From Candidatus Falkowbacteria bacterium (lineage in GTDB: Bacteria > Patescibacteriota > Patescibacteriia > Patescibacteriales > UBA12465): DNA of 64,000 nucleotides. Made by a program: the position numbers and the translations under genes. Within the stretch, counting starts at the first letter, position 1; every line of letters starts with the position of its first letter. The DNA lies in contig JBAXLJ010000002.1 of assembly GCA_037134915.1 (NCBI GenBank), forward strand, positions 64,935-128,934, in the 5' to 3' direction. The notes below the pieces were generated by a model that had not been told where the DNA came from, made no database searches, and was given only the letters and a program-made list of their open reading frames with translations. Shown here in pieces: positions 1 to 9,435 of the stretch.

Positions 1-1
1 A

Positions 2-595
2 AATATTAGTAAGGCTAAATTTATCCATTATGACGGACGTATTTTTCCTTTTACTAATAATTCTTTTGATGTTGCTTTGTCTAGTTTTGTTTTCGAACAT
101 TTATCTGACCCTATGACAACATTTAATGAGATGAGTCGCGTTGTTAAGCCTGGCGGACTAATAATTATTGCCTGTCCTAATTTTGGGTCGCCATTATTTA
201 AATCGCCCTGCAACAAAGAAAATCGCCTTTTATTAATGGTTTCTAGATTCTTTAAGGAGTTTATGCCAAGAGTATATTTTAAAAATGATTTTTATTGGAA
301 TAAAGTGGTTCCGATAGAGCTGCCAGCCCATGTTCACATATCCGACTACGATACTTTGTGCGAACCAAGCCTCTCATCTTTTCAGAAATTTTTAATTAAC
401 CACAAAGATAAATATTCTATTGTAAAAATTGATTCTCTTTGGGATTCTTACGACTATGATAAAATATTTACTAGTGGTCGTTTAAGTTTACTAAAGAAAG
501 GCTTGGTTAATCTTGCTAAGAACCTAGGATTAAAAAAGATGCTTCGATTTCAATATTTTGGATCATTCTTTTTTGTAGCCATTAAGAAGGTTTAA
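2..595 (+). CDS. class I SAM-dependent methyltransferase (N-terminus lies upstream of the window)
   Basis: Frame is open from base 2. NSFDVALSSFVFEHLSDP and VVKPGGLIIIACPN are Methyltransf_11-type motifs. The TTG at 77 in the ORF track is an internal codon. Confidence 0.8.
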   Translation, partial: NISKAKFIHYDGRIFPFTNNSFDVALSSFVFEHLSDPMTTFNEMSRVVKPGGLIIIACPNFGSPLFKSPCNKENRLLLMVSRFFKEFMPRVYFKNDFYWNKVVPIELPAHVHISDYDTLCEPSLSSFQKFLINHKDKYSIVKIDSLWDSYDYDKIFTSGRLSLLKKGLVNLAKNLGLKKMLRFQYFGSFFFVAIKKV

Positions 596-601
596 AATAA
601 T

Positions 602-1846
602 ATGGCAAAAATTCGTATCGCATTTATAAAATTTGGCGGACTTTCGGCTGGTGGCACCGAACGTTGGTTGCAAATGATGGCCGCTAATTTACCTAAAGAT
701 AGATTTGAGGTGGATTACTATTATTGCGATGCGGCGCCATATCTAGGTAGTGACTCAAGACATGCCGATACTAATCCTGAGCGTTTAAAATATATGTTGG
801 ATAATCAGGTTAATTTAATCAAATTTAAAGTTGGTTTTAAAGATGTAACTGTTTCTACTCACGATTGGATTAAAACTGATTTTTGGGAGAAGTTCGATGA
901 GTCCAAATATGATATAGTTCAAGCAGCTAAGGCTGGGCCAGCAGAATATCCTTTTAATAAAATGAAGAAAGTCAGAATCGTTGACTCAGTTCATTTGTTA
1001 GGCGTAGATCATAATCCTAATATTTTTTGGACTTGTTTTTTGTCAGAATGGTCTCGACTTAAATGGTCTCAAATGGGCGGCAGTTTAAGTAAAAGTTCTG
1101 TAATTTATGCATCAGTTGAAAAGCCGGTAACTGATGATGATTTACGGGCAGAATTAAAAATTTCCGCGGATTCAACGGTTGCCGGCTTTCATCAGCGCCC
1201 AGATAATAACATTGCCAGCGAAATACCGCTTAAAGCTTTTGCTCAAATTCAGCAGCCAAATTGGCATTTTGTAATCATGGGTGGCGGAGAATTTTATCGT
1301 AAACAAGCTAAGAATCTGGGATTGCAAAATGTCCATTTTTTAGAGGCTAGCGCTGATTATAATAGAGTCTCTTCTTTTTTAAATACTCTCGATATCTTTG
1401 CTCATGGCCGAAAAGATGGTGAAACTTTCGGAACCGTCTTTGCTGAGGCCATGATTCATGGCCTGCCGTGTTTGTCTCACTGGACAGGTATTGCCGACGC
1501 TCAGGAAGAAACCATGAATAAGGGTGGTCTGTTTGCGGCTAATTTGGAAGATTATAAAGATAAGCTCAAAGAATTTTTTGAAAACAGAGAACTTAGAGAA
1601 GGACTGGGAAACTTCGGAAAAAAATATGCCGAGGAGTTTTATACTATAGATAACTCAGTCAAAAAGCTCTGCTCCGTTTACGAGAAAGTTATGGAAGATG
1701 CACCGGCTACAAAAATAATCGCGGGTAATAATTTAGAAAAAAATCGAGCTAATAGAATATCTTTTAGAAATCGTATTAAAATATTAGTTTATAATAAATA
1801 TTTTTTTATTTGCTATCGATTTTTTAGGAAAATTTTTAAAAAATAG
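602..1846 (+). CDS. glycosyltransferase family 1 (GT4-like, GT-B fold)
   Basis: C-terminal half carries GRKDGETFGTVFAEAMIHGLPCL, typical of GT1/GT4 nucleotide-sugar binding. The ATG lies 6 nt after the upstream stop. Confidence 0.8.
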   Translation: MAKIRIAFIKFGGLSAGGTERWLQMMAANLPKDRFEVDYYYCDAAPYLGSDSRHADTNPERLKYMLDNQVNLIKFKVGFKDVTVSTHDWIKTDFWEKFDESKYDIVQAAKAGPAEYPFNKMKKVRIVDSVHLLGVDHNPNIFWTCFLSEWSRLKWSQMGGSLSKSSVIYASVEKPVTDDDLRAELKISADSTVAGFHQRPDNNIASEIPLKAFAQIQQPNWHFVIMGGGEFYRKQAKNLGLQNVHFLEASADYNRVSSFLNTLDIFAHGRKDGETFGTVFAEAMIHGLPCLSHWTGIADAQEETMNKGGLFAANLEDYKDKLKEFFENRELREGLGNFGKKYAEEFYTIDNSVKKLCSVYEKVMEDAPATKIIAGNNLEKNRANRISFRNRIKILVYNKYFFICYRFFRKIFKK

Positions 1847-1852
1847 AAATAT

Positions 1853-2806
1853 ATGGAAAAACCACGAGTCATTTGTTTGATGCCAGTTAAAAACGAGGTC
1901 GATTTATTGCCAATTACCTTGCCTATTATTTCTACATATTGCGATGTTATTATTATAGCTGACCAAATGTCCGATGATGGATCAAGGGAAGTGTATAAGA
2001 ATTTTCCTAAGGTTAAAGTTATAGATAACACAAGAGAAGGGCACTCAAATCAAGTTCGTTGGGATTTATTAAAAGCCGCCAGAAAATACGATGGTCTTAA
2101 TTTGATATTATGTCTGGATGCTGATGAATATATTCCACCTTTATTATTTAATAAGTTTGTAGATAATCATGAATTCAAAATTGGTGATAGTTTCCGTTTT
2201 CCATGGATACAGCTTTGGAAGTCTGTAAAATATTTCAATAATACAGGTGCTTGGTATAGAAATTATCAACGTGCCGCCTGGATTGATGATGGTAAAACCG
2301 ATTATGATGATAACATAGTAATTAATGATCACATATCTAGGGTGCCGCTCGGCTTTTTAAAAAACTGCAAAAGAATAAAAGATATACCAATTATTCATCT
2401 CCAGTGGCTTTATTGGGAGAGAACTCAGTTTAAGCAGGTATTATATCGTTGCACGGACTTTATTAAAAACCCTAAAAATTATATTTTTATTAACTCTGCC
2501 TACTCAGTTTCTTTAGATGTCCAGAATCTTAAACTAAACGAAGTTCCTGGCAAATGGACTGGCGGTTTTAATTCTTTAGAATTAATTGAAAAATTTCAAC
2601 CAACTTGGCATCGGATGGAGATTTATAAGTTATTTGATAAGTATGGTATAGAATTTTTTGAACCACTAGAGATTTGGCATGTTAAAGAATTGGCAGAAGA
2701 ATTTACAAAGCGTGTCGGCCGAAAACCGGTTTCGATAACTGAAAATAAATTAATCAAAAAATTTAAAGATATTAAAAGGTCTCTTATCAAAATTATTCAC
2801 TATTAA
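1853..2806 (+). CDS. glycosyltransferase family 2-like (GT-A fold)
   Basis: VICLMPVKNEVDLL...IIIADQMSDDGS block and DxD-like LDADE. Sits in the glycan cluster. Confidence 0.65.
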   Translation: MEKPRVICLMPVKNEVDLLPITLPIISTYCDVIIIADQMSDDGSREVYKNFPKVKVIDNTREGHSNQVRWDLLKAARKYDGLNLILCLDADEYIPPLLFNKFVDNHEFKIGDSFRFPWIQLWKSVKYFNNTGAWYRNYQRAAWIDDGKTDYDDNIVINDHISRVPLGFLKNCKRIKDIPIIHLQWLYWERTQFKQVLYRCTDFIKNPKNYIFINSAYSVSLDVQNLKLNEVPGKWTGGFNSLELIEKFQPTWHRMEIYKLFDKYGIEFFEPLEIWHVKELAEEFTKRVGRKPVSITENKLIKKFKDIKRSLIKIIHY

Positions 2807-2815
2807 AATATCTTT

Positions 2816-3526
2816 ATGCTTTCTATAATTACACCCAATTTAAATAATGCTAAATATCTTGAAGATAATATTTTATCTATTAGCAAGCTAAATATTCCTT
2901 TTGAACACATTATTGTTGACGGCGGTTCTACTGACGGTTCTTTGGATATTATTTTAAAATATCCACAGATTAAATTACTTCATCAAACCGAGAAGACTGG
3001 TATGTATGGAGCAATCCATCAAGGCTTTTCTGAAGCTAAGGGGGAATATATAACCTGGGTTAATGCCGATGATCGTATTATAACTGCCGGTTTTGAGGCT
3101 ATGTACCTGGAAATTTCTAAAGGTGTTTGCGATTTTATTTATTCTGATGGTTATTATTATTATGTTAAAGAAAATATTCAGAAGTTTGGTAAAGGAAGAA
3201 GATTTGGAAAATTTTTCTTGAAACACGGCTGTATGCCAACTATGCAACCAAGCAGTATTTATACTAAAAATTTATATCTGGAGATTGGTGGATTGAGATA
3301 TGATAAGTTTAAAATTATTGGTGATTTGGATTTATTCTTAAGAATGGCCAAATTAAAAAAGTGTCGTTTTAAATATATTCGAGCCTTATCCACGGTCTTT
3401 AGTAATCGCGATGATTCCTTAGGAAATAGCAATAGTAATCTTTATTATAAAGAGTTGGCCGATAATCAAATGCCTAAACCAAATTTATTGGTTAGTATTT
3501 TGTATCGCATATTTAAGTATATTTAA
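2816..3526 (+). CDS. glycosyltransferase family 2
   Basis: LSIITPNLNNAKYLEDNILS...IIVDGGSTDGS...WVNADD, the classic GT2 N-terminal signature. Confidence 0.85.
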   Translation: MLSIITPNLNNAKYLEDNILSISKLNIPFEHIIVDGGSTDGSLDIILKYPQIKLLHQTEKTGMYGAIHQGFSEAKGEYITWVNADDRIITAGFEAMYLEISKGVCDFIYSDGYYYYVKENIQKFGKGRRFGKFFLKHGCMPTMQPSSIYTKNLYLEIGGLRYDKFKIIGDLDLFLRMAKLKKCRFKYIRALSTVFSNRDDSLGNSNSNLYYKELADNQMPKPNLLVSILYRIFKYI

Positions 3527-3537
3527 ATTGTAATTTT

Positions 3538-4554
3538 ATGGATAATATTTTTATCTCAATTTGCATTCCTAATTACAACCGCCCCGATGAACTCCTGAGG
3601 CTTTTAAAGACCATCGATTCGATCCAGACCGGTAAGATTGAAATTGTAATCTGCGAAGATAAGAGTCCTAAGATGCTTGAAGTTAGGGGAAAGGTCAGAC
3701 TATTTTGTGAAAATACCCAGTATAAAGTAAACTATGTAGAAAATGAAGTCAATTTGGGCTTTGATAAGAATCTTAGAGCCTGTATTTTAAATGCTCATGG
3801 TAAATGGGTTATATATATGGGTAATGACGATGAGTTTGTTCCTGGGGCTCTAGATCAGCTGATTAATTTTTTGACCGAACACGAAAACCTGGGTTATATC
3901 TTGAAGTCGCATTATTTTATTCATAAAAATGGCAAAAAAGAACGTTTCCGTTATTATGATGGAATTAAATTTTTTGAACCTGGATTGGATACTTATATTC
4001 AAATGTTTCGCAAAAGTGTTTTTATCTCCGGTTTTACTATCAGAAAAGAATTAACAGAATCACTACTGAAAGATGATTTTGATGGCACCCTGCTTTTTCA
4101 ATTATATCTTTTAGCTGAAGTTTGCTTGAAATATCCGGCGGCTTATTTTGATGTTCCTCTGACTCAACAATATGACGAAGGAACTCCGGAATTCGGTAAC
4201 GCGGCTAGCGAAAAAGCCTTATACACCCCCGGATCGATTACGGTTGATAATTCAATTAAATTTTTATCTGGTTATTTTAAGATAACAAGATATATTGATG
4301 AAAAACATAAGTTTAACTCGACGGTTTTAATTGCCAAGGATATGTCTAAATATTTCTATCCGAGTTTAGCTATTCAAAGAAATAAAGGGATTTCCTCTTT
4401 CTTGAAATATGTAAAGGAACTTAATAGACTAGGTTTTAATGTTTCGTTGTATTATTATATTTATATCGGAGCGCTTTTAATCTTTGGTAAAAATATCTGT
4501 GATAATACTATTCGGATTTTAAAGAATATTATCGGTAAAACGCCAAAATTATAA
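3538..4554 (+). CDS. glycosyltransferase family 2
   Basis: ISICIPNYNRPDELLRLL...VICEDKSP...MGNDDEF GT2 signature. Confidence 0.8.
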   Translation: MDNIFISICIPNYNRPDELLRLLKTIDSIQTGKIEIVICEDKSPKMLEVRGKVRLFCENTQYKVNYVENEVNLGFDKNLRACILNAHGKWVIYMGNDDEFVPGALDQLINFLTEHENLGYILKSHYFIHKNGKKERFRYYDGIKFFEPGLDTYIQMFRKSVFISGFTIRKELTESLLKDDFDGTLLFQLYLLAEVCLKYPAAYFDVPLTQQYDEGTPEFGNAASEKALYTPGSITVDNSIKFLSGYFKITRYIDEKHKFNSTVLIAKDMSKYFYPSLAIQRNKGISSFLKYVKELNRLGFNVSLYYYIYIGALLIFGKNICDNTIRILKNIIGKTPKL

Positions 4555-4558
4555 TTTT

Positions 4559-5437
4559 ATGAAAACAGAAAGTTCACTAATGAGTTTTTTCCGTAAGCTT
4601 AATATGGATCCGATTGCTTGGTCGCTGCGCCGGATTTATTGCCCGGTTAAGAAAAGCGATTTGGTTTTAGAATTAGGCAGTGGAAGCAATCCATTTTTCA
4701 GATCGAATGTTCTGTGTGATGCTTTTGCTGAAGACACACCTCATCGCCATTTTGAAAAATTAATTCATGATCGCCCGACGGTCTTGGCTTTTGCTGAAGA
4801 TTTACCGTTTAAGGATGATTCTTTTGATTTTGTAATCGCTTGCCATGTTTTAGAACACTCAGAAGATCCAGCTAAATTTTTATCAGAAATTCAAAGAGTC
4901 GCTAAGGCCGGATATATTGAAGTTCCGGATGCTTTTGTTGAAAGACTGACGACTTATTCAGTGCATCGCTTAGAAATTACTGATCGTGATAATGGGTTGG
5001 TAATTAGAAAGAAGAAGGGAATTATTGAAGACGTCGAAGTTTCGGAGTTATTCCGACACAAGGCCTGGGAAGTCTTTAATGGATTTTTTTCAAAAAAGCC
5101 CTTCCATTTTCACGTTCGCTATTATTGGAACAAAGATAACGGTGGGATTAAATATCACATTGTTAATCCTGAATATAAGTTTGATTGGGATTTGCGGCCG
5201 CTGGAGGGTGTAGTTTTAAAACCTAGCCTCAAACAAAATATAAAAAAAATAATTTTGTTAGCCATCAGAAAGTTTTTATCACAAAATCGTCGTAATGAAA
5301 AAATTAATTTACCTAGTCTTATGAAATGCAAGGCTTGTGGTTACGAAAAGCTTTTAAAAGAAGAAGATGGTCTAATTTGTGGTAATTGTCGGAATAAGTA
5401 TAAAATTAATGGTCATATAGTAAATACAATCTTATGA
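4559..5437 (+). CDS. SAM-dependent methyltransferase with C-terminal Trm112-like zinc ribbon
   Basis: VLELGSGSNP (motif I) and FDFVIACHVLEHSEDP. The C-terminus CKACG...CGNCRNKYKINGHI resembles a Trm112/UPF0434 CxxC-CxxC ribbon. Confidence 0.75.
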   Translation: MKTESSLMSFFRKLNMDPIAWSLRRIYCPVKKSDLVLELGSGSNPFFRSNVLCDAFAEDTPHRHFEKLIHDRPTVLAFAEDLPFKDDSFDFVIACHVLEHSEDPAKFLSEIQRVAKAGYIEVPDAFVERLTTYSVHRLEITDRDNGLVIRKKKGIIEDVEVSELFRHKAWEVFNGFFSKKPFHFHVRYYWNKDNGGIKYHIVNPEYKFDWDLRPLEGVVLKPSLKQNIKKIILLAIRKFLSQNRRNEKINLPSLMKCKACGYEKLLKEEDGLICGNCRNKYKINGHIVNTIL

Positions 5438-6132
5438 AAAAAATAAAAAACTTTATCGTTAAAGAAGTAGTTGATTTGGGAAGCTTCTTTTACAAAAATA
5501 CCAAATACAAAACCAAAGAAAACCCAGCTAAAGTTAATTTGGGCTGTGGGCTGCAGTGTTTACCGGGTTGGATTAATATTGATGGCAGCTTAACGGCTTT
5601 ATTTGGGTCTAAGAAATTTTCTTTTATCAATAAATTGCTGTATAAATTAGCCGGATCGTCTGAATATTATTCTTTTGAGACTTATAATAAAGTAATTCAG
5701 AAGGACGGTCTTAAGTTTTATAACTTAATTAAAGGCGTGCCGGTAAAAAGCGATAGTGCTGATGTTATTTATTGTAGTCATTTTTTAGAACATTTGAATC
5801 GAAATGATGGCCGGTTTTTTCTGGAAGAATGTTTTAGGGCTCTTAAAAAAGGTGGCTTATTAAGAATTGCCGTTCCTGATTTAGATTTCGCTTTTGCCAT
5901 GTATGAGCGCGGTGAAGTCGAGGCGATGCTCGGTCTATTTTTCTACACCTCCGATGATTATAGTTTTACCGCTCATAAACACAACTATAATTTTACTTAT
6001 TTAAAAAGTATTCTAGAAAACCTTGGTTTTAGTAGTGTCGTTAAGCTGAGTTATCAGCAAGGCGAGTGTCCCGGGATTGATTATTTAGATGTTTATCCTG
6101 ATCATTCAATGTACGTTGAGTGCAAAAAATAA
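5434..6132 (+). CDS. class I SAM-dependent methyltransferase
   Basis: VNLGCGLQCLPGWINIDGS and DVIYCSHFLEHL...LKKGGLLRIAVPD. ATGA overlap with the upstream gene. Confidence 0.8.
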   Translation: MKKIKNFIVKEVVDLGSFFYKNTKYKTKENPAKVNLGCGLQCLPGWINIDGSLTALFGSKKFSFINKLLYKLAGSSEYYSFETYNKVIQKDGLKFYNLIKGVPVKSDSADVIYCSHFLEHLNRNDGRFFLEECFRALKKGGLLRIAVPDLDFAFAMYERGEVEAMLGLFFYTSDDYSFTAHKHNYNFTYLKSILENLGFSSVVKLSYQQGECPGIDYLDVYPDHSMYVECKK

Positions 6133-6136
6133 TTTT

Positions 6137-6886
6137 ATGAAAATATCCTTAATCACCCCCACTTATAATTCAGCAGCCACGATCGCTCGGACGATTGATA
6201 GTGTTCTAGAGCAAGACTATACCGACCTCGAATATATTATTGTTGACGGCGCCTCTACTGATAAGACTCAAGAGATTATTCTAAGTTACCAGGATAAAAT
6301 TGATATTAAATTTATTTCGGAACCGGATCAAGGGATTTATGATGCCATGAATAAGGGGGTGAAATTGGCTACCGGCGAGATTTTCGGCATCTTGAATTCC
6401 GATGATGTTTTTGATAATGCTAAAATCTTGTCCAAAGTCGCCGAATCATTTACTGGTCTCGAAGTCGAAGGTGTCTACGGCGATATCAAATATTTTGCTG
6501 ATGATATAAATAAAGTAACCCGCTATTGGTTTTCTGGTTATTACCAAGAAGCTAAATTAAATAGCGGTTGGACAATTCCACACCCCGCCTTATTCTTATT
6601 GCGCTCTGTTTATGATAAATGCGGTTTTTTTAGAACCGATTTTAAGATTGCTGGTGATTATGAATTTATTTTAAGGCTTTTAAAAATTCACCATCTTAAC
6701 CTTAAATACATTTCGACTGTTTTAGTTAGAATGTATGATGGGGGTGTTTCTGGTAGTGGCCTGGAGCAGAGAAAAAAAGGCTGGGCCGAATTGAAACTCG
6801 CTTGGCAAGTTAATAACCTCAAAGTGCCACCATTTTTTATTCTGCGGCGGGTGTTGTCTAAAATTTCGCAATATATTTTTAAATAA
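6137..6886 (+). CDS. glycosyltransferase family 2
   Basis: MKISLITPTYNSAATIARTIDSVLEQDY...IIVDGASTDKT...LNSDD. Start moved from the track's 6089 (which overlaps the upstream gene) to the ATG at 6137. Confidence 0.85.
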   Translation: MKISLITPTYNSAATIARTIDSVLEQDYTDLEYIIVDGASTDKTQEIILSYQDKIDIKFISEPDQGIYDAMNKGVKLATGEIFGILNSDDVFDNAKILSKVAESFTGLEVEGVYGDIKYFADDINKVTRYWFSGYYQEAKLNSGWTIPHPALFLLRSVYDKCGFFRTDFKIAGDYEFILRLLKIHHLNLKYISTVLVRMYDGGVSGSGLEQRKKGWAELKLAWQVNNLKVPPFFILRRVLSKISQYIFK

Positions 6887-6893
6887 TTACTTA

Positions 6894-6926
6894 CAAAAAA
6901 ATGGACCAGTCTGGTCCATTTTTTTA
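6894..6926. terminator. bidirectional rho-independent terminator between convergent genes
   Basis: atggaccag/ctggtccat palindrome (6901-6919) flanked by an A-run (6894-6900) and a T-run (6920-6926). Confidence 0.8.
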
Positions 6927-8009
6927 ATATTCTTGAATGTAAGGCTCAATCTCTAAAGTATTTTCTTGTTTTAAGAATTCGGTTCGCGCGGCTTCATCTT
7001 TAAACAGGTATAGAGCGTAGCCACCGTGTCCGCCACCGCTATATTTTTTAGCCATTTCGTTGGCCCCTGGTAGCGGTTTCATACCTTCGTCTAGCTGAAC
7101 CTGATAACTTAAATTAACCGCTTCACATAGTTTGTGATAGTCAGGTTTTAGAGGGTCAGCAGCTTCTCGGGCCAGCAGTGATGCCTTGGCGATTAAATCA
7201 AAATCTCTTTTAATATCGACGTTATTATAGGTAATGTGGCTTTTACCAGTCCAAAGCAAGGCCATCCTACCTTTTAGGAAACTAGGATCAGTTTTAAAAT
7301 CAAGTTTTGGTTTTAAACCGCTTTTCCAAATACACAAACCAGTTTCTAAAATAACGGCCGGGTCTTGCCAGCCGACGCCCAAATCTAACTCTGACTGGAC
7401 GCTGTTTTTACCAGTTAAAATGGCGTAAGCCGCTGAGCCGCCTAGGCCGCCACCCATTTCGTAGGGCCACTCTTTTAAGCTGACTGTGGGCGTAATGCTA
7501 CAATTGACGACGTAGGCACTATTCCGTGAGAATTTAGGTACATCAAGCCAGCCACCGGCAAAATCAACTCTTAAGGCAATATCTTTTGGGGCTTTAATGT
7601 AGTTGATTATTTCAGTGGTGGAGATTTTTTCAAAATTTAAAGTCTTTGGTAAAACGACATACTTAGCCCCCACCTCATCACATAATGCCATTTTTTCTTT
7701 AGTATATTTATCATCTTCAGTGACCGCTAAAATATCTGGTCTAATTCTTAAGAAGTGTTCTTTAAAGTCTAGACCGAGTTCGCCTACATAATCGCCAACG
7801 ACAACTTCATTAATCATTGAGAGTGATTCCAGTAATCTTTTTTTATGATCTTCGGGTAGAGAAGACTTCTTGTGTTTGTGTAACTCGAGAACGGCATCGT
7901 TAGCAAAGCAGACAATCAGATGGTCTCCTAAGGCTTTAGCTTGATTAAAAAATTCAACATGGCCACCATGTAAAATATCATAGCAACCAGATACAAAAAC
8001 TTTTTTCAT
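6924..8009 (-). CDS. bifunctional cytidylyltransferase-fold nucleotidyltransferase / GHMP-family sugar kinase fusion
   Basis: N-terminus GCYDILHGGHVEFF (HxGH nucleotidyltransferase motif). C-terminus RVDFAGGWLD, GGGLGGSAAY (GHMP motif II-like) and GGGHGGY (motif III-like). Confidence 0.7.
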   Translation of the reverse strand: MKKVFVSGCYDILHGGHVEFFNQAKALGDHLIVCFANDAVLELHKHKKSSLPEDHKKRLLESLSMINEVVVGDYVGELGLDFKEHFLRIRPDILAVTEDDKYTKEKMALCDEVGAKYVVLPKTLNFEKISTTEIINYIKAPKDIALRVDFAGGWLDVPKFSRNSAYVVNCSITPTVSLKEWPYEMGGGLGGSAAYAILTGKNSVQSELDLGVGWQDPAVILETGLCIWKSGLKPKLDFKTDPSFLKGRMALLWTGKSHITYNNVDIKRDFDLIAKASLLAREAADPLKPDYHKLCEAVNLSYQVQLDEGMKPLPGANEMAKKYSGGGHGGYALYLFKDEAARTEFLKQENTLEIEPYIQEY

Positions 8010-8024
8010 AATTTTTTATTTAAT

Positions 8025-9347
8025 TTACCGGCCGCTGCGTCCTAAAACGGTTGCTACTGTTTTAAAAATAATGGCTACATCAAAATAAATAGAGCGGTTT
8101 TTCAAATAATATAAATCGTATTGTAATTTTTCCATGGTGTCTTCAAGCGAGGGGGAGTGATAAACGCCCGAAACCTGGTCCCAGCCACTGACTCCCGGTT
8201 TAATTAAGAGCCTAGTCTTATAGAAAGGAATTTTAGCCGCGAGCTCGCTGACATATTCCGGACGCTCCGGGCGGGGTCCAATAAAACTCATATCACCTCT
8301 TATGATGTTAATCATCTGAGGAATTTCGTCGAGTCTAGTTTTGCGTAAAAAATTTCCTATCACCGTTATCCTGTCATCTTTTTCTTTAGTCATTGAACCG
8401 TCATTGCCTAAGGTCTTCATGGTCCTAAATTTTAGCATGTTAAAAACTTCTTCGTTCTGACCCACTCGTTTTTGTTTAAAAAATATTGGACCACGGCTTT
8501 CTAATTTAATCGCTAACGCAATTAGTGGCCAGAAGATTAAACTGATTAGTAAAAAACTTAAGCTAAAAACTAAATCAAAAACTCTTTTAAATAAATTAAA
8601 GTAATGTTTGTTACTTTCATCTAGATTATCAATAAACCAGGTCTGGTCAATGGCCTCGATTGGCACCTTGCCGTTGATGTTTTCGTAGAAGTCGCTGAGG
8701 CTGTAAAAAGAGACGTTTAAGGATAAGCAGTCAAAGAGAGTTTGAGTTAGCTGGGAATCACCGGCGAGTTCGGCACTGAGTACGATGGTGCGGATATTCT
8801 TTTCTTTGATAATTTCCGGTAAGTTGATAATTTCTTCCTTAGTTTTAAAAACTAAGGCCGTTTCAAAACCGTGATGGGGTTGATTTTTAATATCTTCGAT
8901 TAAATGAATAACCGCTTCATTCCAGCCGATAAAAGCCAAATTATTTTTAGGTAGATACGACTTGACGAAAAAGTTAAAAGCAGAGCGCCAAGCCAAAAAG
9001 AGTAAACCGAAGACAATTACAAAAATCAAGAGAATTGTTTTAGGGGCGACCTCTGATTTATTAACGTAAAAATAAATTATGGATAAGAGGGCTGAAAAGA
9101 TAATTGAATTTAAAGCGGTTAATTTAAACTGACGGGGATTATAGGCCAGGTTTAAGTTGTAAGCGCCGCCAATTGAAAGCACTAAGAGCCAAATAACGAA
9201 AACTGGCAAAAAATAAGGTAGGTTACTTTGCCAAACACCCCCTAGTGGAGTATTTAGATAGCGTAAGACTAGGGAGATGATTAAGGTAAGATATAAAACA
9301 ATGATATCACCCCCGAATAAGATTATCTGTTTGAATCTTTTATGCAT
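8025..9347 (-). CDS. polyprenyl-phosphate sugar phosphotransferase (WbaP/CpsE-type priming enzyme)
   Basis: N-terminal TM helices. C-terminal bacterial sugar-transferase block KRVFDLV...LAIKLESRGPIFFKQKRVG...FNMLKFRTM...DEIPQ...GDMSFIGPRP. Confidence 0.9.
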   Translation of the reverse strand: MHKRFKQIILFGGDIIVLYLTLIISLVLRYLNTPLGGVWQSNLPYFLPVFVIWLLVLSIGGAYNLNLAYNPRQFKLTALNSIIFSALLSIIYFYVNKSEVAPKTILLIFVIVFGLLFLAWRSAFNFFVKSYLPKNNLAFIGWNEAVIHLIEDIKNQPHHGFETALVFKTKEEIINLPEIIKEKNIRTIVLSAELAGDSQLTQTLFDCLSLNVSFYSLSDFYENINGKVPIEAIDQTWFIDNLDESNKHYFNLFKRVFDLVFSLSFLLISLIFWPLIALAIKLESRGPIFFKQKRVGQNEEVFNMLKFRTMKTLGNDGSMTKEKDDRITVIGNFLRKTRLDEIPQMINIIRGDMSFIGPRPERPEYVSELAAKIPFYKTRLLIKPGVSGWDQVSGVYHSPSLEDTMEKLQYDLYYLKNRSIYFDVAIIFKTVATVLGRSGR

Positions 9348-9401
9348 ATGATTATAGGGTAACTATAACAATTTAAGCCTTAAAAATCAATTCCTGACCC
9401 T

Positions 9402-9429
9402 TTGGCTTCTGGGGGCTCTATGATATAAT
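9402..9429 (+). promoter_or_regulatory. sigma70-like promoter of holB (extended -10), predicts a leaderless mRNA
   Basis: TTGGCT (9402-9407), 16 nt, TGaTATAAT (9421-9429). Only 6 nt separate it from the ATG at 9436. Confidence 0.55.
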
Positions 9430-9435
9430 AAAAGC

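Noticed and set aside
6089-6136. N-terminal extension of the last GT2 gene.
   Set aside because: It overlaps the preceding methyltransferase by 44 nt. The GT2 signature starts right after the ATG at 6137, which has the usual aattttATG context.
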